Source: a virus (lineage: Duplodnaviria > Caudoviricetes). Taken from it: a DNA stretch of 26,759 nucleotides. Below the pieces are notes generated by a model. That model searched no databases, had not been told where the DNA came from, and saw only the letters and a list, made by a program, of their open reading frames with translations. The translations under genes were made by a program, and so were the position numbers. The DNA lies in IMG/VR virus record IMGVR_UViG_3300025096_000106, positions 1 through 26,759 of that record. One strand, written 5' to 3'. This document shows, one piece after another, positions 1 through 10,600 of this stretch; positions within the stretch are counted from its first letter, which is position 1; every line of letters begins with the position of its first letter.

Positions 1-259
1 AGAGTCCTCTCTTTTCTTTATCAACATCTAGAGACCTTTCAGACTCCAAAACCTTAGGATCGTCAGCACGGAATTCAATTTCATAACCATTCTTACCTGC
101 CTTAATCTTATAAGAAGAATAAGGACCACGAGGGATGTGAAATGTAGGAGGTTGAATCACAGGTTCAGGTTCTTGCCTGAAAACATATCCAAGCAGACCT
201 ATGTGTGCTACAACAAATACTCCACCAACTGAAGCGGCGACGATCTTAAGTTTATTCAT
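1..259 (-). CDS. Hypothetical membrane-anchored phage protein; 3' end runs off the window
   Basis: Not in the ORF track. ATG at 259-257 lies just after the upstream stop, and the frame is open to the window edge: MNKLKIVAASVGGVFVVAHIGLLGYVFRQEPEPVIQPPTFHIPRGPYSSYKIKAGKNGYEIEFRADDPK... with an N-terminal hydrophobic helix. Confidence 0.8.
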   Translation of the reverse strand, partial: MNKLKIVAASVGGVFVVAHIGLLGYVFRQEPEPVIQPPTFHIPRGPYSSYKIKAGKNGYEIEFRADDPKVLESERSLDVDKEKRGL

Positions 260-261
260 GG

Positions 262-501
262 TTAGAATGGCATAACAGGACTAGGCATAACAGGACCAGT
301 TACCTCAGGTACAGATGGCATAGCAGAATTTACCATTGCTGGTAGTGCTTCTGTGATTGCTTCAGTGATAGCAGCAGTTGCTTTCTCCCTAGCACCTTCG
401 ATTAATGTATCCTTTTGAACGTAAAGATAAGCACCACCCCCTAAGACAGCTAAAGAAACTAGACCAGATAATAACGCGACACCATTAATCAATTTTTGCA
501 T
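262..501 (-). CDS. Small membrane protein (79 aa), one TM helix and Pro-rich tail
   Basis: Start reassigned to MQKLING (ATG 501-499), overlapping the end of the upstream gene. TM segment VALLSGLVSLAVLGGGAYLYV. Confidence 0.75.
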   Translation of the reverse strand: MQKLINGVALLSGLVSLAVLGGGAYLYVQKDTLIEGAREKATAAITEAITEALPAMVNSAMPSVPEVTGPVMPSPVMPF

Positions 502-778
502 CTTTCTTCTCCAATGTAGGTGCTTGCTTAGATTCTTTTTCTTCCTTCTTCTTAGAAGGCATGACACCAAACGTAGCTAAAGTTCCAGTGAACACACTGG
601 CAATAAAAGTTGGATCGATATTTTTCTGAGGAATACCAGGAACAGTTACATAATTAAGAGTCAGAATTGCTGCTGACCATCCAAGAATAATAACTCGGAC
701 GAGAGTTGATACACCCTCATCCGCCCACTCAAATTTGTTTTCCTTTTTGGCTTCCCCTTTCCTTGGATTTAATTCCAT
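485..778 (-). CDS. Small two-TM membrane protein (97 aa)
   Basis: Two hydrophobic segments (LVRVIILGWSAAILTLNYV; FIASVFTGTLATFGV) and a basic tail; late promoter core just upstream. Confidence 0.8.
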   Translation of the reverse strand: MELNPRKGEAKKENKFEWADEGVSTLVRVIILGWSAAILTLNYVTVPGIPQKNIDPTFIASVFTGTLATFGVMPSKKKEEKESKQAPTLEKKDAKID

Positions 779-799
779 GAGTAAAGAGTAAGGCTCAAG

Positions 800-815
800 T
801 ATTTATTAATAAATA
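800..815. promoter_or_regulatory. Back-to-back T4-type late promoters (ATAAATA on both strands)
   Basis: Perfect 16 bp palindrome TATTTATTAATAAATA between divergent ORFs starting at 778 (-) and 841 (+). Confidence 0.65.
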
Positions 816-840
816 AATTAGGAAATCAATTTTTATACAA

Positions 841-3129
841 ATGGCAGGGAAAATTTTTAGTAAATTTGGTGCTAAGAGATCTTTAAACCTTACAGACTTG
901 CCAGATAAAAAAGAAGCATTAAATAATTTATTAGATAAACTTGCAGACTCCACTGAAACTTTTACATGGGAAGATATTAATTTACTGAGATTTATTTCAT
1001 TAACAGATATTAGTTCTAAAACATTTACTTCTGCCTCTGATGCAACTGTAAAATTAATTAATAGTAGTGGTATAACAACTCCTTACAATCCATTAATTAC
1101 TTTAGAAAATCGTTTTGATAAAGCATATTTTACTACATCAGAACCATATTTTGCTGGTGGCGATGGACTATCAGCATCATATTTTGATTCCAATTCAATA
1201 CAAAGAGAAACAGAGAATAATCCTGACAATAATTTTACAGGATTTGATACTAGTTTATTAGTTAAACAAGATAATTTTTGGGAAAGGGGAAATTTTTCAT
1301 ATGAAAATAAAATTTCAGTAGATTTTGTTTCTTTATATGGTGGTGTGCAATGGGAAGGTTATTTTAAACCATCACAAGATGGAAATCATAGTCTAAGAAT
1401 AACAACTGGAGGATTTTTAAAAGTAGAATTTGATAATAAAACACAACCAAGAACTTTTATATCAGATCCTGCAACTGGAACTTTTAATTATCAAAATAAT
1501 GATTTCGCTGAAGTAACTACTTTAGTTGATGATACAAAATTAGATCAATCAACAAATTTACTTACAGCAGTAAGAAATAGTTCTGGTATTGCATTAAATA
1601 CTAATTATACATATGTTCTTGATCTTGGATCATTAGTGCAATGGGAAGCATATAAAATAAGAATAACTTATTTTACAGATCCAAATGCATATCCAGAAAA
1701 CGAAACCGCAAATAAATCCATAGACATAAACATTACTTCTCCTGGTAGTGGCACATCAAATTTAAATTACAAACAACTATTTACAAAAAATTATTTTCAA
1801 AATTATAATATAGGAGACTTTAGAGAGTTTGTAGAGAAATCTATTTCTCTTGGCGGAACTGAAATAGGAAGTAAAGGAACAATTGGAGATGTTCAAGCAA
1901 GTTTTACAAGTTCTCCGGGACAAAAAGGTGATAGTTATAGAAATTTAAGTAACATCAATCCTACAATTTCTTATTATCAATTCCCAAAACAAATATCAGA
2001 TACAGAAACTGTTATCCAAGGTTGCAATGTTCAAAACAATATTCAATCTATTTCTATTAGCAATGCACAAGCAGACTCAACCGAAGGTATTGAGATTGGA
2101 AACTATGTAATTGGATCTGGCATTCAAATAGGAACAAGAGTTACTAGTGTTGTCATTAATAGTAATATAATAGTATCTCCTGCTCCTAATAATACTGCAA
2201 GTAATACAACATTAACTTTTGTAGATCACAGAGGTCTTGTTGCATTTGGAACTGGAGATGTATATGGTGATAAAATAGACACGATAACAAATTCATATGG
2301 TTTGTCAAACATTGATAATAATCAAATAGTATTATCATCTGGTTTGTCATTTACATATGATAGCAATATAGATAATACTACAAACAATACTGCTGTTGGT
2401 ATATTAGCAGAAGACTATATTGGATCTGAAATAAATTTTAAAAACGCTTCATCATCAAGTTTAATAAACAATAATCAAAAGTTTTATGTTTACGAGACGT
2501 TAGGGTTGGTTGATAGTGGTTTAAAGCATTTCTGTCAGGGGGTATTGAAGGCACGTTTGATGCTAACTCAAACTGATATTCTATCAAATAGTATTAACAT
2601 TATCGTAGATGATGTTACTGGTATAACAAACAACATGTATGTTCATGCGTTTCCAGCTGTAAATTTTGGAGAAAGATTAGACGGAACTGTTAATGAATTA
2701 TTCAGTAAAGTTCAGGTATCTAGTATAAGTGGAACTACATTAACTTTGACTGGTGTTGATGGTGTTCCTGTTTTACTATCAGGATTGGAATATAACTCAG
2801 AAAAAATAAAGAACATCGTATTTACTTCTACCGATGTCAACAAAGAAGTTTGTTTCAGACCAACTGATACATCACCACCATTTGCTGCCAATGCTGCTGG
2901 ATTAACAACACCATTTAATGTATCATTAGTAAATGATTTTACTAGTACTAGTAATTCTGGAGGAGTTTTAAATAACTCTTCAAAAGTAACTTACTCTGCA
3001 TTAGAAATTAAACATGATACTAATAACATCAATCTTAATATAAGTGCTTACGCATCAGAACCAATAAGTGATTACCTACCGATAGAAGACTCTGCTGGAA
3101 ATACTTTTTATATATTATTAGGTAGTTGA
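841..3129 (+). CDS. PA14-domain putative virion/fibre protein (762 aa)
   Basis: GDGLSASYFD ... GGVQWEGYFKPSQDGNHSLRITTGGFLKVEFD ... YKIRITYF fits the PA14 pattern. Fibre-type N-terminal motif NLTDLPDKKEALNNL; S/T/N/G-rich. Confidence 0.7.
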   Translation: MAGKIFSKFGAKRSLNLTDLPDKKEALNNLLDKLADSTETFTWEDINLLRFISLTDISSKTFTSASDATVKLINSSGITTPYNPLITLENRFDKAYFTTSEPYFAGGDGLSASYFDSNSIQRETENNPDNNFTGFDTSLLVKQDNFWERGNFSYENKISVDFVSLYGGVQWEGYFKPSQDGNHSLRITTGGFLKVEFDNKTQPRTFISDPATGTFNYQNNDFAEVTTLVDDTKLDQSTNLLTAVRNSSGIALNTNYTYVLDLGSLVQWEAYKIRITYFTDPNAYPENETANKSIDINITSPGSGTSNLNYKQLFTKNYFQNYNIGDFREFVEKSISLGGTEIGSKGTIGDVQASFTSSPGQKGDSYRNLSNINPTISYYQFPKQISDTETVIQGCNVQNNIQSISISNAQADSTEGIEIGNYVIGSGIQIGTRVTSVVINSNIIVSPAPNNTASNTTLTFVDHRGLVAFGTGDVYGDKIDTITNSYGLSNIDNNQIVLSSGLSFTYDSNIDNTTNNTAVGILAEDYIGSEINFKNASSSSLINNNQKFYVYETLGLVDSGLKHFCQGVLKARLMLTQTDILSNSINIIVDDVTGITNNMYVHAFPAVNFGERLDGTVNELFSKVQVSSISGTTLTLTGVDGVPVLLSGLEYNSEKIKNIVFTSTDVNKEVCFRPTDTSPPFAANAAGLTTPFNVSLVNDFTSTSNSGGVLNNSSKVTYSALEIKHDTNNINLNISAYASEPISDYLPIEDSAGNTFYILLGS

Positions 3130-4545
3130 ACTTAACAACAAATTATATTCTTCTCCATTGATAATTACAGGAAGTTTATATGTAAATTTTTGCAATGGTG
3201 ATACAGTACCAGATTCGGTTTGTATATCCTGAATGTTATTTACTGATATAGGATTTCCTTTAAGAATCATATTACCAATACTCATTTCTTGATTATCAGG
3301 ATTTGATATTGCTGCAGCAGAATATTCTAATGTACTAGTTGCACTGTTGAGTTCCCATGGTGATGTGTTATCAGAAAAAGATCTAAGTTTTTCTATGTTA
3401 GTTTTTGTAGAACTTGGATTTATAATAAAAACTCCGGGACTATTCAATGTAAATATATCCGCAGTTCCATTATTAAAATTATCTGGATCAAAAGATTTTA
3501 ATGATCCTTCTAATTTTATTGGATTTACTTCAAAAATATTATTAATAGATCTTGCATATTTTTTAAATCTAAAGTAGTTAGCTGCATCTAAACTTAATTC
3601 TAAACTACTAAAATTTTGATTGATAGTATTACTCAATACATAATTGTGATAAATTGTATTATTGGTATTACCACCTTCATCAACAAATTCTGGAAAAATT
3701 AAATTTAATAAATTTTCATTAGTAACTTCATTATTCCTTTCAAAAATTATAGGTATGTCTTTACTATCACTACTTTGAAATGGAGATTCAATAGCAAAAG
3801 GTTTTACTAATTCTTGTTTACTATATGAAGAAGCAATTTTAAAGTTGTTTATTCCATTAGTTAAAACAACTCTATAAGTCTCATCATATGAAAATTGAGA
3901 TGATACAAGAGGAGTTGTGCCAGGTATTGTGTAAGTTGGCAGTGGAAATAAATTACATGTTAGATAAGGATATCTATTTGTTGAATCAAATGTTCCCGGA
4001 CCACCTTCAAATAATGTTGACCATTTAATATCAGTAACAATTATTCCTGTTGTGTTATCAACTTCTTTTATTATAAAATTTTTGTTGTTAAAAAATTCAC
4101 TTCCTGGAATGCCAGATTCAGATTCATTTGTGAAAAATGTATCGTAAAGTTTTATTGTTTTTCCTTCTGCAATACTGGTAAGTCCATGATTTTCATTAAG
4201 AGTAATACTTAATCTTTCAGGTTCAGTAGATGTAGCAGGAAGATGCAATATCATAGAGATAGTTCTTACTGCTCTTATCTTTACTGGATCGCCATTACCA
4301 TAAATTGATAGCAAGTCAAATTCAAATAATGATGTTTCCGATCCTGCTACACCTGTTTCTTGCCTACTAAAATTATTAACACCTGGTTTATATACTACTA
4401 CACTAACATTCTTTGTGTTGTTAGAAAACACCTGCAAGTCTTCCGATATACTTCCACCAGATAAATTATTTAAACTTAAAAATTCATCAAAAGTTTCAGA
4501 AAGATTAAAACTTCTGACGTATCCTTGATTTGCAGATATTGACAT
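3118..4545 (-). CDS. Putative virion structural protein (475 aa)
   Basis: Long ORF coupled to the upstream gene (1 bp overlap at 4545). Shares N- and C-terminal motifs with the PA14 and LRR proteins. Confidence 0.65.
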   Translation of the reverse strand: MSISANQGYVRSFNLSETFDEFLSLNNLSGGSISEDLQVFSNNTKNVSVVVYKPGVNNFSRQETGVAGSETSLFEFDLLSIYGNGDPVKIRAVRTISMILHLPATSTEPERLSITLNENHGLTSIAEGKTIKLYDTFFTNESESGIPGSEFFNNKNFIIKEVDNTTGIIVTDIKWSTLFEGGPGTFDSTNRYPYLTCNLFPLPTYTIPGTTPLVSSQFSYDETYRVVLTNGINNFKIASSYSKQELVKPFAIESPFQSSDSKDIPIIFERNNEVTNENLLNLIFPEFVDEGGNTNNTIYHNYVLSNTINQNFSSLELSLDAANYFRFKKYARSINNIFEVNPIKLEGSLKSFDPDNFNNGTADIFTLNSPGVFIINPSSTKTNIEKLRSFSDNTSPWELNSATSTLEYSAAAISNPDNQEMSIGNMILKGNPISVNNIQDIQTESGTVSPLQKFTYKLPVIINGEEYNLLLSSTT

Positions 4546-7500
4546 TAGTTATTTACCTTTATTGTCCAACCTTTAGTTCTCAAAAATTCTGCTGCAGTAA
4601 TGCCAACAAAAACAGTAGTGTTCAGACGATTAGTAATACTATTTACAGTTAATTCAAGAGATCCTCTAAAAATATTTCCATCAGCATTTTCAAATTCTAT
4701 AATATTTGGAGTAGAAAGAATATCATCATCAGCATAACCAGATTCTCCACTATTTATCTGAACACTATAAGATGCAGAGTTATAATATTTTTCTTTAACT
4801 CCAGTAACAGGAACAGTTATAGTTACATTAATATTATTACCTTCATCGTCTTGATATAATTGATCAATTACAATAGTATTTCCTTGAGAATAACCAGATC
4901 CAGAATTAACTAATGTAGCATTGGTGACAGAATTATTTCCATCAACAGTTATATTAACTATAGCATTTCCATTTGGATCTGTAAAATCTCCACCTGTATA
5001 ATTTTTAGTAGAGTCACTTACAGTTGGATTTCCGATAGATGTTATTACACCATTTGTAATATCAGCACTAACATTTATTGTTCCAATAAAACCATTTCCA
5101 GAATTATTAGTATTAAAAACAATATTCGAATATGTTTTTTCTTTTGGAGAAAGTCCAGAAGTATTTAAATTTTTTATATCGTTTCCAACAGAAGTAACAT
5201 CACCACCAGATACAGATGGTTGTGATATACTTCCAAATCCATTAACAATACCAGGAATCGTTGGATATCCACTAGGAGAACCTTGACCTCCTCCACTTAA
5301 ATTAACAACAACATTACTTCTTGGAAAATTTATGTAATTATCGTATAAATCAAACAATATATTATCAATTGATTCAGAGGTTAATGCATTTGAAGCTAGA
5401 TCAAGAACTTTAATTCTTTCTAAACTTTGCAAACCATTTCCTCTAGAATAATTAGTAAATTGATTATCATTTAATGATACCTTTTCAACAATAGGACAAG
5501 AATTATATAAGTTTGGCAATGGTCCAAAAAATTCATTATTAGAAGCATAAAATGATTCTAATTTTGGAAGATTAAATATATTGCTTATTGATTGCAATTT
5601 ATTATTAGAAACATTCAAATAATTTAACGATGTCTTATTAGAATAAGATATACTTCCTGTAAAAGAATTATTAGAAAGATGTATTTCCCGTATTAAAGAA
5701 GCAGAAGCAAAAGATGGCAATGAAACAGAAGAACCTTGTCCCCAATTTTGACTAGAACTATGAATTTCTATTAATTTAGTAAGAGATTCTAGGTTAGGAA
5801 AATCTCCTGTAAATCTTCCATTGGCAGAAATAGCAAGATAAGATAAACTATTTTGTAATGGCAGAAATGTATTCGGTTCTATTTCACCAGCAAAATTTAC
5901 ATTATTTACAGACAGGGTAAATGAAGATACATTTGGAGAATTTACAAATGTATTATTATATAAACATTTTGCAGTACCACTTCCATCTGGTCTTCCTGCA
6001 ATTAAATTATTACACGACGCTAAATTAATACTACTCAAACTTGAATTATTAAAGAAAGGAATACATCCAGAGACAGAGGAATGCCACAAGTTAAGTGAAG
6101 TTAATTTATTACATCCAGTGAATGCATACGTTCCTTCTGTTGGACCAGAAAATAAAGAACCAAAATTTGAATTTGATTCTGCAGAAAACGTTTCTAAATT
6201 TACCGCATTTTGTAAAGATCTTGGACATTGCAATTTAGTTCTTCCAATATTGATTGATTTAATATCCGGACTTGAAATGTTGCAAGTTCCAGTTAAATTA
6301 GGATTCCTATATAAATCTAAATTTACTAAAGAATATAAATTTTCTACATTTACTCTGTGAGGAGTTGTAGTTATATCAGTAGTTCCTAAATCCTGAAAAT
6401 TATTACCACCAGCATTTAATGTTGTTAGTTTATGATAAGTAATTCCACTACCACCATAAAATAATGGCAACTCTCCTGCTGCATTAGAACTATCCGGATA
6501 AAAATATTTACCCCGTGATGAACTAATTTGTAAAGTTCTTAACTCCTGGAAAGGAACAAATATATTTTGTTCTATTCCACCAAAAAAACAACCTACAATA
6601 TTTAAAGATTTTAATGTCAATGGCAATTTAGAAGTTATTAAATCGTTTAATTTTCTTTCTGCTTTTATACTAGCATTAAAAAAATCATTATTAGATATAT
6701 TTAATGTTTCTAAACTTGGTGCAATAAATTTAACATCAGGAAAATCAACTAAACCATTACCAGAGAGAGATAATGAATCTAAATTATCTAATACGACTTT
6801 TGGTATTTCTTGTATGTTTATACTATTTAAATTTAAATTTCTAATTCCAGCAGGAGGAAAATATATTTCAATAAATCTTTCTGCTGCAAAAGGAGATTGA
6901 TATTGTAATCTAGATCTAGTAGAAGAACCATTTTCTCCTGTAAAATCTTCAAAATCTTCAGTTCCCAATCCATCTGTTCTATCAATTCTCCAACTAACTT
7001 TTTCTACACCAAATGTTGGATTATTAAAATCTACTATTGCATCAAAGTTTCTAAAATACCCTTTAAATCTCAAAGGTATTCCTTTCATAGCATAAATGTA
7101 TTTCGTATTACCGTTTACATCAATTTTTATTTTATGAGTAGCAGTTTCTGCATTAAATTTTGTTGGTTTTGCTACTGTTCTTGTTTTAATTTTACCAACA
7201 CTTAATGTTCCACCAATTTCTACGTCTGCACCATATGCAATAGTGCTATCAAAAGTACTCCAAGAACTAACTCGTGAGGTAGATATATCGCCCCATTTTA
7301 AAACAGGGTTATCATTTGGATCTAAAATAAATGGAGTAAGATCAAGAACAGGATATCTAAATGCTGTAGCAGAAATGCCACCGGCAATTTTTAAGTTACC
7401 TCTAAGTTGAAAATCAGTTCCACCTGATAATGATAGTGTTGTTCTATAAGTTGATACATCATTTATATATCTATCAAATGATTGCCAAATAGGGACGGAT

Positions 7501-7676
7501 ATATTAGATAAAGTTTGAAGATCGTTTTTATCAAATCCGCTTGCACCAATCCCTCTAATTACTTCTAAATCATTCTTTTCTAATTGAAGATTTTTTAAAG
7601 CAAGTTTTGTATCTGGAATATCAGCTAAAGAAAGAGAAACAGATAAACCAAATATCCTACTATTTTTAATAGACAT
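4545..7676 (-). CDS. Leucine-rich-repeat putative virion protein (1043 aa)
   Basis: Many LxxLxLxxNxL/F units (LDSLSLSGNGL, LETLNISNNDF, LNYLNVSNNKL, IKVLDLASNAL). C-terminal G/S/N-rich beta repeats (NSGSGYSQG, SGESGYADD). Confidence 0.8.
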   Translation of the reverse strand: MSIKNSRIFGLSVSLSLADIPDTKLALKNLQLEKNDLEVIRGIGASGFDKNDLQTLSNISVPIWQSFDRYINDVSTYRTTLSLSGGTDFQLRGNLKIAGGISATAFRYPVLDLTPFILDPNDNPVLKWGDISTSRVSSWSTFDSTIAYGADVEIGGTLSVGKIKTRTVAKPTKFNAETATHKIKIDVNGNTKYIYAMKGIPLRFKGYFRNFDAIVDFNNPTFGVEKVSWRIDRTDGLGTEDFEDFTGENGSSTRSRLQYQSPFAAERFIEIYFPPAGIRNLNLNSINIQEIPKVVLDNLDSLSLSGNGLVDFPDVKFIAPSLETLNISNNDFFNASIKAERKLNDLITSKLPLTLKSLNIVGCFFGGIEQNIFVPFQELRTLQISSSRGKYFYPDSSNAAGELPLFYGGSGITYHKLTTLNAGGNNFQDLGTTDITTTPHRVNVENLYSLVNLDLYRNPNLTGTCNISSPDIKSINIGRTKLQCPRSLQNAVNLETFSAESNSNFGSLFSGPTEGTYAFTGCNKLTSLNLWHSSVSGCIPFFNNSSLSSINLASCNNLIAGRPDGSGTAKCLYNNTFVNSPNVSSFTLSVNNVNFAGEIEPNTFLPLQNSLSYLAISANGRFTGDFPNLESLTKLIEIHSSSQNWGQGSSVSLPSFASASLIREIHLSNNSFTGSISYSNKTSLNYLNVSNNKLQSISNIFNLPKLESFYASNNEFFGPLPNLYNSCPIVEKVSLNDNQFTNYSRGNGLQSLERIKVLDLASNALTSESIDNILFDLYDNYINFPRSNVVVNLSGGGQGSPSGYPTIPGIVNGFGSISQPSVSGGDVTSVGNDIKNLNTSGLSPKEKTYSNIVFNTNNSGNGFIGTINVSADITNGVITSIGNPTVSDSTKNYTGGDFTDPNGNAIVNITVDGNNSVTNATLVNSGSGYSQGNTIVIDQLYQDDEGNNINVTITVPVTGVKEKYYNSASYSVQINSGESGYADDDILSTPNIIEFENADGNIFRGSLELTVNSITNRLNTTVFVGITAAEFLRTKGWTIKVNN

Positions 7677-7681
7677 ATTTT

Positions 7682-10600
7682 TTATTGCTGCTCAATGTAA
7701 GTTAACGTAGCTTGAACATCCGTTGTATTTCCAGGTTCTCTAGAAGTTGCCAAGAAAAAGTACGCTGTAGTATTTAGTAAATCAGGAGTAATTGTTTCTT
7801 TTTCAAAATCAAATATATTTGATAAAGATATTAATTTAGTATCCTGCCCAACATAAAATTTATCAATTACTTCATATGGTCTTAGTTGTGATTGATTTTG
7901 AACATCAATCAAAGCAGATGACAAACGTTTGTCAGAACTAAAGTTTGGAGGAATTTGTGTGAGAGCTCCTGTTGTTGTTTTTAAGTCTCCCACAGGACCA
8001 ACTTGAATTGATGAATTAGAAATAGTCATTTGACTATCTCCCAGTTCCTTAGATATAAACCACTTTGGATTATAAGTATTAGTTACCTGCGTCACCTCTT
8101 TAATTGTTGCACCATTTATTAATGATCCATCTCTCATTTCAATAAAGAAGTATAGTGGATATGGATTAAAGTTAAATGATTTGATAATACTTTTTCTATA
8201 TGATATCAATTTAATAGGAACAAACCAAATAACTAAAGAAGTAGCAGATGATTGCGATTGTCCAGGTAGATGATTAGATAATTTAATTATGTATTTAATA
8301 TTACCACTATCTTCTATATATTGAATTACATTACTTGCAAATCTAACACCAGATCCAACACTTGGTGGTGTTTCTATTTGAGTAATATTATTAGAATCAA
8401 ATCCTACTTCAGCATTTTCTGGATTGAATGTGATAGCATTAAACGACTCTGCTATTAAATAATAAGAATTTGCATCATAAGTATAACCAGCATTTATAAA
8501 TGTTTGTTGAATATTAGATGGGTCATTAAATTTAGTACTACCTTGCACTTGTGTTACCGATTGAAAAATTGCATCTTCAACTTCAATATTGACAAATGCA
8601 CAAGTTCCAGTATTTGATCCTGGAGGCCTTGGCGTTCTATAATCAATAGTATAAGGTCTTGTGCTTATACTACTTTCTCCATTTTCATACCCATCAATAT
8701 TTCTATTAATATCTTCATTAAAAAGTTCAGCATATAATTTATATGAATCAGTAAATTGCACACTATTATTTTGGTTATCTTTCCAAGTAATATTTGTACC
8801 ATCATATTCAGGTTTTAAAGAAGTTATACCTATTCTAAAATCAGCAAGTTGACCCGAAGAATACGATCCACTATCAGTAGTAGTATCAAATAAAAAGTTC
8901 AAAGTATTTTTACTACCACTCACAGGTATAGAGGAAGCTGCGAGAGCATTATATTGAGATAATCTACCAGAAAATTCAGAAGGATTTTCAATTACTTGCA
9001 ATGAACGCCCCGATCCAACAGAATAATACCGGGGAAGTTCTCTATCAATAAGAAGGTCTGCTACGTTTTTTGTTTTATCATAACCAGAAATCGTTCCTAA
9101 TTTTGCAGTAGTATATCTATCTTCCAGACCTGCAATACTTATTACACCACTACCAGTTTCCATTTCTTTTATGTAAGTGAGATAAACTCTAGTAGCAATT
9201 ACCTTAGCATATAAATCTTTAGAATTTAAAAATACTGGTTGATACTTTATCGACTCACTACTAATAGAACCTGTCAAAGTATTATTTAATGTAATAACAT
9301 TACCATTAATGTTAGTAATTATAGTATTTGCAGGAATTTTAGATGCTATATCTGCTGGATCTACTACGTCACCAATTCTTAAATTGTCAACGTTATCTAA
9401 TGTTAAAGTAGTTCCCGATCCTGTAGAATTTTTTTCTAATATTTTTAATTTTAGTTTATCTCTAGACGAATCTACTATTTCAAATTCTCTTTCTATACCA
9501 TTATATCCTGCATTTAAATTTGGTTGATAGGTATGCCCAAATTCTGGACAAGATTTACATTTCACAATAGCAATTTCTGTTAGTCCATCACAATTAACAG
9601 ATAGTTCTTTAGGAAATATTTGTTGTTTATTTTTTATTAATTGTCCGGTTGAATTTGAAATTGATGTTTTTGGTTGTATTCCTACAAGAGAAGTAGATAA
9701 TAAAGGACCATTTTCTGTTACTTGAGGAGTTGTTTTTAAATTAGAAGTTGCAGAATTTACAGTAACTGTTCCTTCATCTCCGCCATCAATATAACAACTT
9801 GTTCCATACTTATATAAGTATTGTGGAGTAGTTGTATTGATATGATTATCAACTATAAGTGAATATTTAAATTTGTAGTATGGATCTCCCATATATGGTT
9901 GCTTTAATTGATTTTCAATAAGCAATCTATGCAGTTTAACCCATCTAGCTTTTCCATTATTAACTGGCACATAAGCATAAAATTGAATACCTATACCACC
10001 ATACCATCCAAATTCAATTTTATACATTGTTATTTGTTCTGCAGACCAGTTCCATCCACTAGGTCCATTGCCATTTAATTTATCACCATTCCATTTATCT
10101 CTTGTTATTACAGTTTCATATACCTGTTTATTTTCAAGCCCAGTATAAGCAGTATTGTTTTGTGTGTTTTTAGTTATCGTAACTTGATCTTCTGGATCTA
10201 AAAAATTTGCTTCTAATATTGATTCTGTTAATGGGACAACACTTCTTCTTACAATACTAAAGTTAGATCCACGAATTTGAAAAACTAAATCATCTGTGTT
10301 ATTTCCAATTCCCCATTCAATAATACTATTATTATCTGTTTTATCATTTGATGCTCTAACACCAAAAGTATATCCACTGATTCTTCCTGGTTGGTATCTA
10401 AAAGCTTTTCTGGACTCTAAGTATGCACGAGTTGGTCTATGAGTAGAGTATCCTGGTTCAGAATTTGAATATGCAGTTTCTCCTTCTGTTACTACTCCGG
10501 ATTGAATAAGATATCTTTGTATTAAAGAAAATGTATTAATTACTTCTCTTGTTAAAGGAAAATTGTCTGGTCTTAAAAAAGATTCTGTTGGTATCCTTCT

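Noticed and set aside
502-570. N-terminal extension of ORF 262..570
   Set aside because: It overlaps the upstream gene out of frame and has low-complexity basic sequence; MQKL at 501 is the more plausible start.
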